64,000 bases of DNA from Longimicrobiales bacterium (GTDB lineage Bacteria; Gemmatimonadota; Gemmatimonadetes; Longimicrobiales; RSA9), in assembly GCA_036374995.1 (NCBI GenBank), contig DASUSS010000152.1, positions 1,123 to 65,122 on the forward strand, in the 5' to 3' direction. Both the position numbers and the translations under genes were made by a program. This document shows positions 19,131 through 29,978 of the stretch, piece after piece. The notes under the pieces are model-generated. The model saw nothing but the letters and a program-made list of their open reading frames with translations. It had not been told where the DNA came from and did not search any database. Numbering within the stretch: position 1 is the stretch's first letter; the number at the start of each line of letters is the position of its first letter.

Positions 19131-21776
19131 ATGACCGAACCGACGTTCGTGCAGCGCCTGCCGACGTACGAGCGGCGGCTCTCCAATGGGCTGACCGTGA
19201 TCGTGCGCGAGGACCACAGCGCACCCGTAGTGGCGGTGGTCACCCACGTGAAGGCCGGTTACTTCGACGAGCCGGACGCGCTCATCGGGATCAGCCACGT
19301 GCTCGAGCACATGTACTTCAAGGGGACGGAGCGGCGCGGTCCGGGCGAGATCGCGCGCGAGACGAAGGAGGCGGGCGGGTATCTGAATGCGGGCACGATC
19401 TACGACCACACGTCCTACTACACCGTTCTGCCGTCGTCGTCGCTCGAGCAGGCGCTCGACATCCAGGCGGACGCGCTCCAGCGCTCGGCGATCGACGACG
19501 AGGAGCTGCGCCGCGAGCTGCTGGTGATCATCCAGGAGGCGAAGCGGAAGCTCGACAACCCCGGCGCCGTGGCGCAGGAGACGCTGTTCGAGACGATGTT
19601 CGACGTGCATCGGATCCGGCGCTGGCGCATCGGGACGGAGGATGTGCTGCGCGGCCTCACACGCACGCACGTGGTCGACTACTACCGCAACCTGTATCGC
19701 GCGGCGAATACGATCCTGGTGATTGCGGGTGATGTCGATCCCGCCCGCGCGTTCGAGCTCGCGGCCCTGCATTACGGTGATATGGAGGCGGGCGATCCGG
19801 TGCGGGACACCGGCGCGGCCGAGCCGGAGCGGCGTGGCTTCCGGTACCGCGAGATGGCGGGCGACATCATGCAGTCGCACGTCGAGTGGGGCTGGCGGAC
19901 GCCCGGTCCGCTGCACGAGGACACGCCGGCGCTCGATGTGCTCGCGGTCGCGCTCGGTCACGGGCGGGCCTCGCGCCTGTACCGCGACGTGCGCGATGCG
20001 GGCCATGTCGCCGCGGTGTCCGCGTACAACTACACGCCGGCGGAGCTGGGTGTGTTCGGCATCGGCGCCGAACTGGATCCGGCCGACACCGAAGCCGCCG
20101 TGAGCGGGATCGCGGCCGTGATCCGCGATGCGCGCGCGCACGGCTTCGGCGAGGCGGAGGCGGCGCGTGCGCGGAACATCCTGGAGGCGCGCGTGCTGCG
20201 GCGTCTGGAGACAGCCGAAGGCCAGGCGAACATCATTGCCGAGTGGCAGGCCCTGGGTGACTGGCGCCTCGCCGACCGCTATCTCGGAGACGCGCTCGCG
20301 GTGTCCGCTCGGCGGCTCCATGACGTCGCGCGCCGCTACCTCGACCCCGAGCTCCTCACGCTGCTGCTCTACCGGCCACAGCGCGCGACGCCGTACGTGC
20401 AGGACCCGACAGCGCTCTTCGATCGGCTGTTCGGCACGACCGTGCGGAAGCGCGCCGCCCCCGCGGCCGAAGCCATTCGTGCGGAGACACCCGCACGCGG
20501 AATGACGAAGCTGAAGCCGCAACGAGTCGAGGATGGCGTACACTTCTACCCGCTCGCCGAGGCGGGCGTGCACATCGTGATCAAGCCGCGCCGCACGACG
20601 CCGCTGGTCTCGCTCGCACTGCACTGCCGCGGTGGCCTGCTCCAGGAGTCGGCCGCGATCGCGGGCATGACGGGGCTGATGACGCGGACATCGGTCAAGG
20701 GAACGCGCACGCGGACGGGCGTTCGCCTCGCGGAGGAGACGGAGGCGCTCGGCGGCAGCATCGCGGCGAGCGCTACGGCGGACACGATGGAATGGTCGCT
20801 CTCGGTGCCGAGCCGACACTTCGACCGTGCGCTCGACCTGCTCGTCGATGCGGCGCTCGAGCCGGCGTTCCGCGAGGAGGATGCGGAACGCGAGCGGAAG
20901 ATCACGTTGAGCGATCTCGAGCACATGCGCGACGACATGCACCAGTACCCGCTTCGTCTCGCGCTGGCCGCGGCGTTCGCCGGTCATCCGTACGGATTCG
21001 GACCCGCGCAGCTGGAGCAGGCACTGCGCACTGCGGATCTGGGGATGCTGGGCGAGTGGCACGCGGCACGCGTGCTGCGCGGCGCACCGCACGTGCTCGT
21101 CGTCGGCGATGTCGAGGATCCCGATGGCGCGGCTGCGCTGGTGGCGGACCGGCTGACGGGGAGGGTGCGTGAGCCGGTCGATCTCGATGCGCAGACGCCG
21201 CACTGGCCTACCCGTGCCGTGCAGTGCGTCGAGCAGCGGGACAAGGCGCAGACGGCGCTCGTGCTGCTGTTCCCCGGACCGCCGCGCAACCATCCGGACG
21301 TGTATGCGCTCCAGCTGCTGTCCGCGGCGATATCCGGCCTCGGCGGGCGGCTGTTCGAGGAGCTGCGCAGCCGACGCTCGCTCGCCTATGCCGTCTCGGC
21401 TTCCCCCATGCCACGCTGGCTCGGCGGCGCGTTCGCCGCCTACATCGGGATGGCGCCGGAGCGGGAGCTGGAGGCGCGCGAGGCGATGCTGCGCGAGCTG
21501 CTGCGTACGACGACCGAGCCGCTCGCTGCGCCGGAGCTCGAGCGCGCCCGCCGCTATCTCATCGGTGCCTGGCAGATCCGCCAGCAGACGCAATCGCGCC
21601 AGCTCGCCGATCTGTCGGGCGCGCTCCTGCTGGGCGAGGGTCTGGCGGAGCTGCGCGAGTACGTGCACCGGATCGACTCCCTCACTGCGGAGCAGGTTCG
21701 TGCGGCCGCGCAACGCTGGATCCGCCCGGATCTCATGGTCGAGAGCGTCGTGCGCGGTGCGGGTGCAGCGCGCTGA
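19131..21776 (+). CDS. M16 (pitrilysin) family zinc peptidase, two fused M16 units
   Basis: HVLEH inverted zinc motif (HxxEH) near the N-terminus. About 880 aa, with a second non-catalytic repeat. Confidence 0.85.
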   Translation: MTEPTFVQRLPTYERRLSNGLTVIVREDHSAPVVAVVTHVKAGYFDEPDALIGISHVLEHMYFKGTERRGPGEIARETKEAGGYLNAGTIYDHTSYYTVLPSSSLEQALDIQADALQRSAIDDEELRRELLVIIQEAKRKLDNPGAVAQETLFETMFDVHRIRRWRIGTEDVLRGLTRTHVVDYYRNLYRAANTILVIAGDVDPARAFELAALHYGDMEAGDPVRDTGAAEPERRGFRYREMAGDIMQSHVEWGWRTPGPLHEDTPALDVLAVALGHGRASRLYRDVRDAGHVAAVSAYNYTPAELGVFGIGAELDPADTEAAVSGIAAVIRDARAHGFGEAEAARARNILEARVLRRLETAEGQANIIAEWQALGDWRLADRYLGDALAVSARRLHDVARRYLDPELLTLLLYRPQRATPYVQDPTALFDRLFGTTVRKRAAPAAEAIRAETPARGMTKLKPQRVEDGVHFYPLAEAGVHIVIKPRRTTPLVSLALHCRGGLLQESAAIAGMTGLMTRTSVKGTRTRTGVRLAEETEALGGSIAASATADTMEWSLSVPSRHFDRALDLLVDAALEPAFREEDAERERKITLSDLEHMRDDMHQYPLRLALAAAFAGHPYGFGPAQLEQALRTADLGMLGEWHAARVLRGAPHVLVVGDVEDPDGAAALVADRLTGRVREPVDLDAQTPHWPTRAVQCVEQRDKAQTALVLLFPGPPRNHPDVYALQLLSAAISGLGGRLFEELRSRRSLAYAVSASPMPRWLGGAFAAYIGMAPERELEAREAMLRELLRTTTEPLAAPELERARRYLIGAWQIRQQTQSRQLADLSGALLLGEGLAELREYVHRIDSLTAEQVRAAAQRWIRPDLMVESVVRGAGAAR

Positions 21777-21846
21777 CCGCCGTGCCGCTTTTGCGCACGA
21801 CCTCGACGAACGTCATATTTCGCGACCATTCTGAAGCGGAGAACGC

Positions 21847-22635
21847 ATGGCGGAGGAGAGCACGATCCGACTCGATCGCGAGACCGATGGCATCGCGATC
21901 ATCACGGTCAACCGGCCCGACAAGCTGAACGCACTGAACGCCGAAACGGTGCGTCAGCTGGACGGGGTCCTGCGCGAGGCTCGCGGTGACGAGACGGTTC
22001 GCGCCCTCATCCTGACGGGTGCCGGCGAGAAGGCGTTCGTCGCGGGGGCGGACATAGCCGAGCTCGCGCGGATGGGGCCGCTCGATGGTGTCCGGGTCTC
22101 GCGCGATGGCCAGGCCACGTTCCGCCTGCTCGAGACGATGCCGAAGCCGGTCATCGGCGCGATCAACGGCTTTGCGCTCGGCGGCGGTCTCGAGCTGGCG
22201 CTCGCGTGTCACATGCGGATTGCATCGGACCGCGCGAAGTTCGGTCTGCCCGAAGTGAAGCTCGGCATCATTCCCGGCTACGGCGGCACGATCCGCCTGC
22301 CCCGGCTCGTCGGCCGCGGTCGCGCACTCGAGCTGATGCTGACCGGCGAGATGATCGGCGCGGAGGAGGCGTATCGGATCGGCCTCGTGAACCGCGTGGT
22401 GGAGCCCGGTGCACTGCTGGATGCCGCCCGCGACCTCGCCCGCAGGATCATCGCGAACGGGCCGGTCGCGATCGCACTCGCACTGGAGTCCGTCGACCGC
22501 GGCATGAGCACCACGATCGACGACGCGCTCGTCCTGGAATCGAACCTCTTCGGCCTGCTCGCAGCGACGCAGGACATGCGCGAGGGCATGAGCGCGTTCC
22601 TGGAGAAGAGGAAGGCCGAGTTCAGAGGGCACTGA
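21847..22635 (+). CDS. Enoyl-CoA hydratase (crotonase family)
   Basis: ITVNRPDKLNAL, FVAGADI, NGFALGGGLELALACH. Confidence 0.9.
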   Translation: MAEESTIRLDRETDGIAIITVNRPDKLNALNAETVRQLDGVLREARGDETVRALILTGAGEKAFVAGADIAELARMGPLDGVRVSRDGQATFRLLETMPKPVIGAINGFALGGGLELALACHMRIASDRAKFGLPEVKLGIIPGYGGTIRLPRLVGRGRALELMLTGEMIGAEEAYRIGLVNRVVEPGALLDAARDLARRIIANGPVAIALALESVDRGMSTTIDDALVLESNLFGLLAATQDMREGMSAFLEKRKAEFRGH

Positions 22636-22650
22636 GTCTGACGGAGTTTT

Positions 22651-22820
22651 TTCACCGCGGAGGCGCGGGGGGCGCTGAGAAACGGATTGGGACGGCGGCG
22701 ATCCTTGCGGTTCTGCTGCAGCCGATTCTCATGATCCGTTGCGGAATGATTCATGGTAAACGAAAGCGCCGCACCGGCGCCCCCGGCGCAACTCCGCGCC
22801 CCCCGCGACTCCGCGGTGAA
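22651..22820. repeat. Intergenic inverted repeat element (25-bp arms, 24/25 complementary, 120-nt spacer)
   Basis: TTCACCGCGGAGGCGCGGGGGGCGC at 22651..22675 pairs with GCGCCCCCCGCGACTCCGCGGTGAA at 22796..22820. Confidence 0.7.
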
Positions 22821-22865
22821 TGAATCCGTTCTCCGCCCCCCTCTCTCCGTTGAACTCGAACGGGC

Positions 22866-24008
22866 ATGACGCTGATCGCCCGTGAGCTCCGCCTCCGGCA
22901 CTTCCGGAACTTCGCGAGCCTGGAGCTGCGGTTCCCGGCGGCGGGGGCGGCGATCATCGGGGACAACGGGTCGGGCAAGACGAACCTGCTCGAGGCGATC
23001 CACTACCTCGAGATCCTGCGCTCGTTCCGCGGTGCCGCGGATGAGCAGCTGGTGCGGTTCGGTGCGGAGGCGTTCCACGTGCGTGGTGTATTCGAGCAGC
23101 CGGAGAGCGGGCGGGCCGTCGAGATCACAGCGGCGTACGAGCCGCGCACGCGTCGGAAGAAGGTCACGGTGGACGGCGCGGAGGTCGAGCGGCTCGGTGA
23201 CGCGATCGGTCGGATCGGGACGGTCATCTTCTCGCCATCGGACGTGGAGATCGTTGCCGGGGCGCCGGGCGAGCGGCGCCGGTTCCTCGACATCGTGCTG
23301 TCGCTCAACGTGCGCGGCTACCTGGATGCGCTCCAGCGCTATCGCCACGTGCTGCGCCAGCGCAATGCGCTGTTGCGCGACGGCCGTTCGGGCGATGCAC
23401 TCGCTGCGTGGGACACGGGCCTCATCGACAGTGGCACGACCCTGATGCTGGAACGGCGGGCGTGGGTGCAGGCCCATGCCGACCGCTATGCCGCGATCTG
23501 CTCCGCCATCGGCGGCGGCGCCGGCGCAATCGCATACGACGGCGATGTCGATGTGGTCGGCGCGATGACGAGGCCGGAGGTCGCGGCCGCGTTCACCGCG
23601 CGGCTCGAGCGGGTGGCGCACCGCGAGCGCGAGCGCGGCGTCACGCTCGCCGGCCCGCACCGCGACGATCTGTCTCTGCACATGAGAACGGGGAATGGCG
23701 ATGTCGATCTGCGTCAGTTCGGCTCCGGCGGTCAGGTCCGTACGGGCGCCATCGCGCTGCGCGTGATCGAGGCCGAGACCGTGCGCGAGGCGCGCGGGTT
23801 CCAGCCGCTGCTGCTGCTCGACGACGTGTTCGCCGAGCTGGACGCCGGCCGTTCCCGCCGCATCCTGGCGCTGCTCGCAGGCGAGCGCCACGGGCAGGTC
23901 ATCCTGACGGCCCCGAAGGAGACCGACGTGCTGCTGGAGGAGGCCGGCGGCGACCTGGTCGCGCCGCTGGTCCGCTGGCGGATCTCGGCCGGCACGGTGT
24001 CGACATGA
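22866..24008 (+). CDS. recF: DNA replication/repair protein RecF
   Basis: LRLRHFRNF, Walker A GDNGSGKTNLLEAI, C-terminal LLLDDVFAELD. Confidence 0.9.
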   Translation: MTLIARELRLRHFRNFASLELRFPAAGAAIIGDNGSGKTNLLEAIHYLEILRSFRGAADEQLVRFGAEAFHVRGVFEQPESGRAVEITAAYEPRTRRKKVTVDGAEVERLGDAIGRIGTVIFSPSDVEIVAGAPGERRRFLDIVLSLNVRGYLDALQRYRHVLRQRNALLRDGRSGDALAAWDTGLIDSGTTLMLERRAWVQAHADRYAAICSAIGGGAGAIAYDGDVDVVGAMTRPEVAAAFTARLERVAHRERERGVTLAGPHRDDLSLHMRTGNGDVDLRQFGSGGQVRTGAIALRVIEAETVREARGFQPLLLLDDVFAELDAGRSRRILALLAGERHGQVILTAPKETDVLLEEAGGDLVAPLVRWRISAGTVST

Positions 24009-24334
24009 GCGGTCCGCGCAAGCCGACCCGCCTGAGCGATGCACTCCAGAACTACCTGCGGGAGAGCGGCCTGGACGAGCGCGTCGAGGAAGCCGCCATC
24101 CTGCCGGAGTGGCCGGCGCGCGTCGGCAGCGCGATCGCAGCCGTCACCGCCCCGCTGCGCGTCTCGCGCGGCACACTCTTCGTCGCCGTGCGGACCAGCG
24201 CCTGGCTCATGGAGCTCCGGCTCATGGAGCGCGACATCCTGCGGCGGCTGAACGAGGGTCGGGAGCGCGGCCGGATCGAGCGGATCCGGTTCCTCATGGC
24301 GGGCGAGGATGAGGGCCCGGGAGCAGCCGGCTGA
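24005..24334 (+). CDS. DUF721 (DciA-like) protein
   Basis: ATGA overlap with the recF stop. Sits between recF and gyrB, the usual place for DUF721. WP..VG...A..T.P....G.L.V pattern present. Confidence 0.7.
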   Translation: MSGPRKPTRLSDALQNYLRESGLDERVEEAAILPEWPARVGSAIAAVTAPLRVSRGTLFVAVRTSAWLMELRLMERDILRRLNEGRERGRIERIRFLMAGEDEGPGAAG

Positions 24335-24400
24335 ACGGGGGATCCCGGGCCCGAAAAACCCGCAACCGACGCCCGTTTCCGGGGTATCAACAATGTCTGA

Positions 24401-26422
<2,022 letters not shown>

Positions 26423-26430
26423 TTCCCGTG

Positions 26431-26480
26431 TGTCGTGTCGGATAAGTCTTGGGGCGAATCTTTGATAAGTTTTGGGTGGG
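26431..26480 (+). repeat. Left terminal inverted repeat
   Basis: TGTCGTGTCGGATAAGTCTTGGGGCGAATCTTTGATAAGTTTTGGGTGGG, with two GATAAGT sites 23 bp apart. Confidence 0.7.
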
Positions 26481-26921
26481 TCAGTGTCGGCTCCACATAG
26501 CCCGGCCGCACGGCCTTGGCCGGGCTCGCCGCTGCAAACTCGCTATGCGGGGGCGGGCCACGCTGCCGACGCAGTTGTGTGGTCCCCCCCTTGGCGCAGA
26601 CGCACAACGCCAGCTCGGCAAGCGAGGTCCAGAGGTGTTGGCAACAGCACCCCATGGTAGCTAGTGAGCCACCCGGACGCTTCGTCGCGCCCGTCGAGAA
26701 CATGAGCGGCGAGTTCCGCCACGCACGTGCGGGATTCATGCGCGAGTTCGGAAATCCGTCCGTTTCTAATTGAAAAGTGGGCGGCGCTCCGGATGTGTAC
26801 GCTTCGGCCCACGACGCGACAACCGTCGGGCACGTTACATGCTGCCCACGCGAACGGCCCCGAACCGACGTGCGCTCCCCGGCTGAGCCTGACATTGACA
26901 ACCTCAAACCGGAGGACACGG

Positions 26922-27746
26922 ATGAGAGTCCGATCGCTCACCAGCATTGCGGCGGCGGCGTTCGCCCTCGCAACCGTCGCCGCCTGCGACACGCCTACCG
27001 GAACCGACGGAGCCATCGGCCCGACAACCCCCTTCCTCAGTCGATTTACGCTCGACCTGCCGCAGGATCCGGTGTTCCTCAACCCGGCCGACGCGGCCGC
27101 CGACCCCAACCCGTGGTTCCCGCTCGTACCGGGTACGAGCTGGACCTACGAGGCCGAGACAGAGGACGGAGTGGAGACCACGGTGGACGCCGTCACGGGT
27201 GACACCCGCGAGGTTGATGGCGTCGAGGCAACGGTCGTTCGCGACGAGGTGTACCTGGAGGGCGAACTGATCGAGCTGACATTCGATTGGTACGCGCAGG
27301 ACACCGACGGCAACGTCTGGTACATGGGTGAGGCGTCGTGCGAATGGGAGCCGGGAGACTACCAGGAGGGCGACGAATACGAAGAGGGTTGCGGCGAAGC
27401 CGGCGATCCCGCCGGTTCGTGGGAAGCCGGTGTGGATGGCGCGGAAGCGGGGATCATCATGTGGGCGAACCCGCTCGACCATAAGGGCAAGGCGTACCGG
27501 CAGGAGTACTACGAGGGCGAAGCCGAGGACATGGCCAAGGTCCTGCACGCCGGCCTCACCGTCTCCGTCCCGGCCGGTACCTTCGCGAACTGCATTGAGA
27601 CCATGGACTGGACGCCGCTTGAGCCGGGCTCGCGGGAGCACAAGTTCTACTGCGCGGGGTACGGAATGGTCCTCGAGGTGCAGTCGCAGGGCGGCCGCAT
27701 CCGCAACGAGCTCGTGGGGTACGCCGGACTCCCCGTGGAGTTCTGA
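26922..27746 (+). CDS. Hypothetical acidic lipoprotein (only convincing ORF inside the element)
   Basis: GGAGG 6 nt before the ATG. Signal peptide with lipobox (FALATVAAC). No recognisable domain. Confidence 0.65.
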   Translation: MRVRSLTSIAAAAFALATVAACDTPTGTDGAIGPTTPFLSRFTLDLPQDPVFLNPADAAADPNPWFPLVPGTSWTYEAETEDGVETTVDAVTGDTREVDGVEATVVRDEVYLEGELIELTFDWYAQDTDGNVWYMGEASCEWEPGDYQEGDEYEEGCGEAGDPAGSWEAGVDGAEAGIIMWANPLDHKGKAYRQEYYEGEAEDMAKVLHAGLTVSVPAGTFANCIETMDWTPLEPGSREHKFYCAGYGMVLEVQSQGGRIRNELVGYAGLPVEF

Positions 27747-28124
27747 GCGCCGGTATTCACGTCTGTTAGCGGGTCTGGGTTCGTGGTCCACGATTGTGCG
27801 GAGTCGGCGGAGCGCAGGTATCCGCCACGAGAGTGGCCCACGAGTCCTGCGACGAGGGCGGCGGTGCGTCGTTGTTCTGCCGAGACCGAGTGCCCTGGGC
27901 GGCCCAGACCCGACCTGTGTACCTACCACTTTAATCCTAGAACCAGTTTATTCTCGTATGTTCGACAAATGGATTTTCCGCCACGACACTCGACCTGTGC
28001 GATAAGGGCCCGACAACCTCTTCGTGGTTGACAGGCCCTCTGTATTCATTTCTTTGAACTTATCTGAAACCGCCTGGCCGGACTTTTCTAAAACGGTTCG
28101 TCGGACTTATCTGCGGCCACCCCT

Positions 28125-28174
28125 ATCCCCCAAAACTTATCAAAAATTCGCCCCAAAACTTATCTGACACGACA
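28125..28174 (-). repeat. Right terminal inverted repeat
   Basis: Reverse complement reads TGTCGTGTCAGATAAGTTTTGGGGCGAATTTTTGATAAGTTTTGGGGGAT, mirroring the left end. Confidence 0.7.
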
Positions 28175-28255
28175 CCCGTGTTGTTGGAGCGTGCGGTCGA
28201 GGACCCTGCTCCGACGCGACGATCCCGGTCGGCGTCGTTCCGGAGGATATTGATC

Positions 28256-29935
28256 ATGCGCCCGAATACCCGTTGCGCGATGGCGATCGTGGGCCTGCTC
28301 TGCATGCTCGTGCCGGGCATGCTGCAGGCGCAGTCGACGCGTTCGGCCACGCCGCCGGCAATCCTCCTGCGACATGCGACACTGCTCGACGGCCAGAGCG
28401 CGAATCCGCAGGTGGACGTAGCGATCATGATCCGCGGCGGACGGATCGAGAATATCCAGGCCGATCACGATGGAGCTGCACCGATCGGCAGCGCGTCGGA
28501 TTCGGTGATCGACCTTCGCGGAGCGTGGGTCATGCCCGGCCTGATCGACGCACACGCGCACCTCGGCGTCTCCCGGATGTGGGGTGAGCCTGACAGCATC
28601 GCGGCGCAACGTGCGCTCGACGGGGGCGTGACGACGGTGCGTTCCATGGGCAACGTCCCCGGATTCGGTGACGTGGCGCTCAGGCATCTCTTTCTCGAAG
28701 GCGGTGCCCGCCTTCCACGCGTGCTTGCCGCCGGGGAATGGGTCATCCCCGTCGTGAGCGAGGACTGGATTCACGATTTCCCGACGATACGATCGCTTCT
28801 CGCTCCCGCCACCCCGGCGGATAGTGCGCAGCGTCTGTTTCCCGGCCCGGGCTGGCGGCTGGGCGGGAACGCCGCCGCGATCGACAGCACCGTCGCGTTG
28901 CTGGCGGCGCGAGGGGCGGACTGGGTGAAAGTGTTCGCCACGGGTCGAGCGGGCACCGCCAGATCCGACCCGCAGACTTCCCTCCTCGGCGAGAGCGACC
29001 TGCGCGCAGCTGTGGTCGCGGCTCGACGGCGGGGCCTGCGCGTCGCCGCGCACGCATACACCGACGAGGGCATCCGGGCCGCGGTACTCGCGGGCGCCCG
29101 CACCATCGAGCACGGCGCGTTCGTGTCGGAAGAGACGCTCCGTGTGATGCGCGAACATGGCACCTGCCTCGTGCCGACGCTCAGCGCCTTCGACGAGCCG
29201 TCGCCGGACTCCGTGGTTCGTGCCCGTGCGGGGGAGATGCGTTCCGCCGCGCAGCGCGCGGTCCGTCAGGCCCACGACCTCGGCGTGCCGGTCATCGCGG
29301 GTACGGACATGCCGTACGCACCTGGCGGACGGGGAGTGGTCGCGGAGTTGCTCGCGTTGACGGAAGCCGGACTCGGCCCGGACGAGGCGCTCCGCGCCGC
29401 GACCTCGCACGCCGCGGCCTGTCTCGGCATCGCCGACCGGACTGGCACCGTGACGGCCGGCCTCGACGCCGACCTGCTCGTGCTCGACGGCGATCCACGC
29501 TCGGACCTGTCTCTTCTCGATCGGCCGAAATTCGTGATCCTGCGCGGGCGGCTCGTCCGCCGCGTGCCGGTCGCGGAAATCATCCGGGCGGTGCTCGAAA
29601 GCGAGGGGATCGAGGCCGCCCGCGAGCGCGTCCGCGCGCTGCACGGGTCGCGCGACGACTCGCTCCGCTATGGGGAATTCGAGCTGATCGGTCTCGCTGT
29701 CCAACTGGCGACAGTCCGGCGCGTACCCGAAGCCCTCGCGATGTTCGAGATCAACGTCGAGGTGTATCCCGAGTCCCCGAATGCGTGGGACGCCCTCGGC
29801 CAGGCTTTTCTCATGGTTCGACGACCCGAGGATGCGCGACGGGCATTCGTGCGGGCCGTCGAGCTTGCCGAGGAACAAGGCCATCCGCGACTACCGGAGT
29901 TTCGTGCGAAACTGGACCGCCTGCCACGCCAATAG
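28256..29935 (+). CDS. Amidohydrolase-family metallohydrolase with C-terminal helical (TPR-like) extension, secreted
   Basis: Signal-like N-terminus. GLIDAHAHLG metal-binding motif, later AAHAY and GTD. Start chosen inside ORF 28178..29935. Confidence 0.8.
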   Translation: MRPNTRCAMAIVGLLCMLVPGMLQAQSTRSATPPAILLRHATLLDGQSANPQVDVAIMIRGGRIENIQADHDGAAPIGSASDSVIDLRGAWVMPGLIDAHAHLGVSRMWGEPDSIAAQRALDGGVTTVRSMGNVPGFGDVALRHLFLEGGARLPRVLAAGEWVIPVVSEDWIHDFPTIRSLLAPATPADSAQRLFPGPGWRLGGNAAAIDSTVALLAARGADWVKVFATGRAGTARSDPQTSLLGESDLRAAVVAARRRGLRVAAHAYTDEGIRAAVLAGARTIEHGAFVSEETLRVMREHGTCLVPTLSAFDEPSPDSVVRARAGEMRSAAQRAVRQAHDLGVPVIAGTDMPYAPGGRGVVAELLALTEAGLGPDEALRAATSHAAACLGIADRTGTVTAGLDADLLVLDGDPRSDLSLLDRPKFVILRGRLVRRVPVAEIIRAVLESEGIEAARERVRALHGSRDDSLRYGEFELIGLAVQLATVRRVPEALAMFEINVEVYPESPNAWDALGQAFLMVRRPEDARRAFVRAVELAEEQGHPRLPEFRAKLDRLPRQ

Positions 29936-29978
29936 CGAGCGGTAGAGCGACAAGGTCCGGGAACCTCAGCCGCTCCGC

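Larger units (their letters stand above)
26431..28174. mobile_element. Non-autonomous transposon-like element (TIR-bounded, TGT...ACA ends, no transposase)
   Basis: About 47-bp terminal inverted repeats (44/47 identical) at both ends. Flanked by direct CCCGTG at 26425..26430 and 28175..28180. Lower-GC ends. Only convincing ORF inside is a lipoprotein gene. Confidence 0.6.

Noticed and set aside
18900-21713. 937-aa ORF on the minus strand
   Set aside because: Antisense to the M16 peptidase gene (HxxEH motif on the plus strand). Arg-rich composition with no motifs.
26499-26526. GC-rich hairpin AGCCCGGCC-N10-GGCCGGGCT as the gyrB terminator
   Set aside because: No U-tract follows. It lies inside the inserted element, not in native gyrB-flanking DNA.
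26431-28174. Tn3-family or IS-type identity for the element
   Set aside because: Tn3-family ends are about 38 bp and start with GGGG, and those elements carry a large transposase and a resolvase. Typical IS elements encode a transposase. Neither applies here. The ends start with TGT and carry multiple internal sites, so only a non-autonomous DDE-type element fits.
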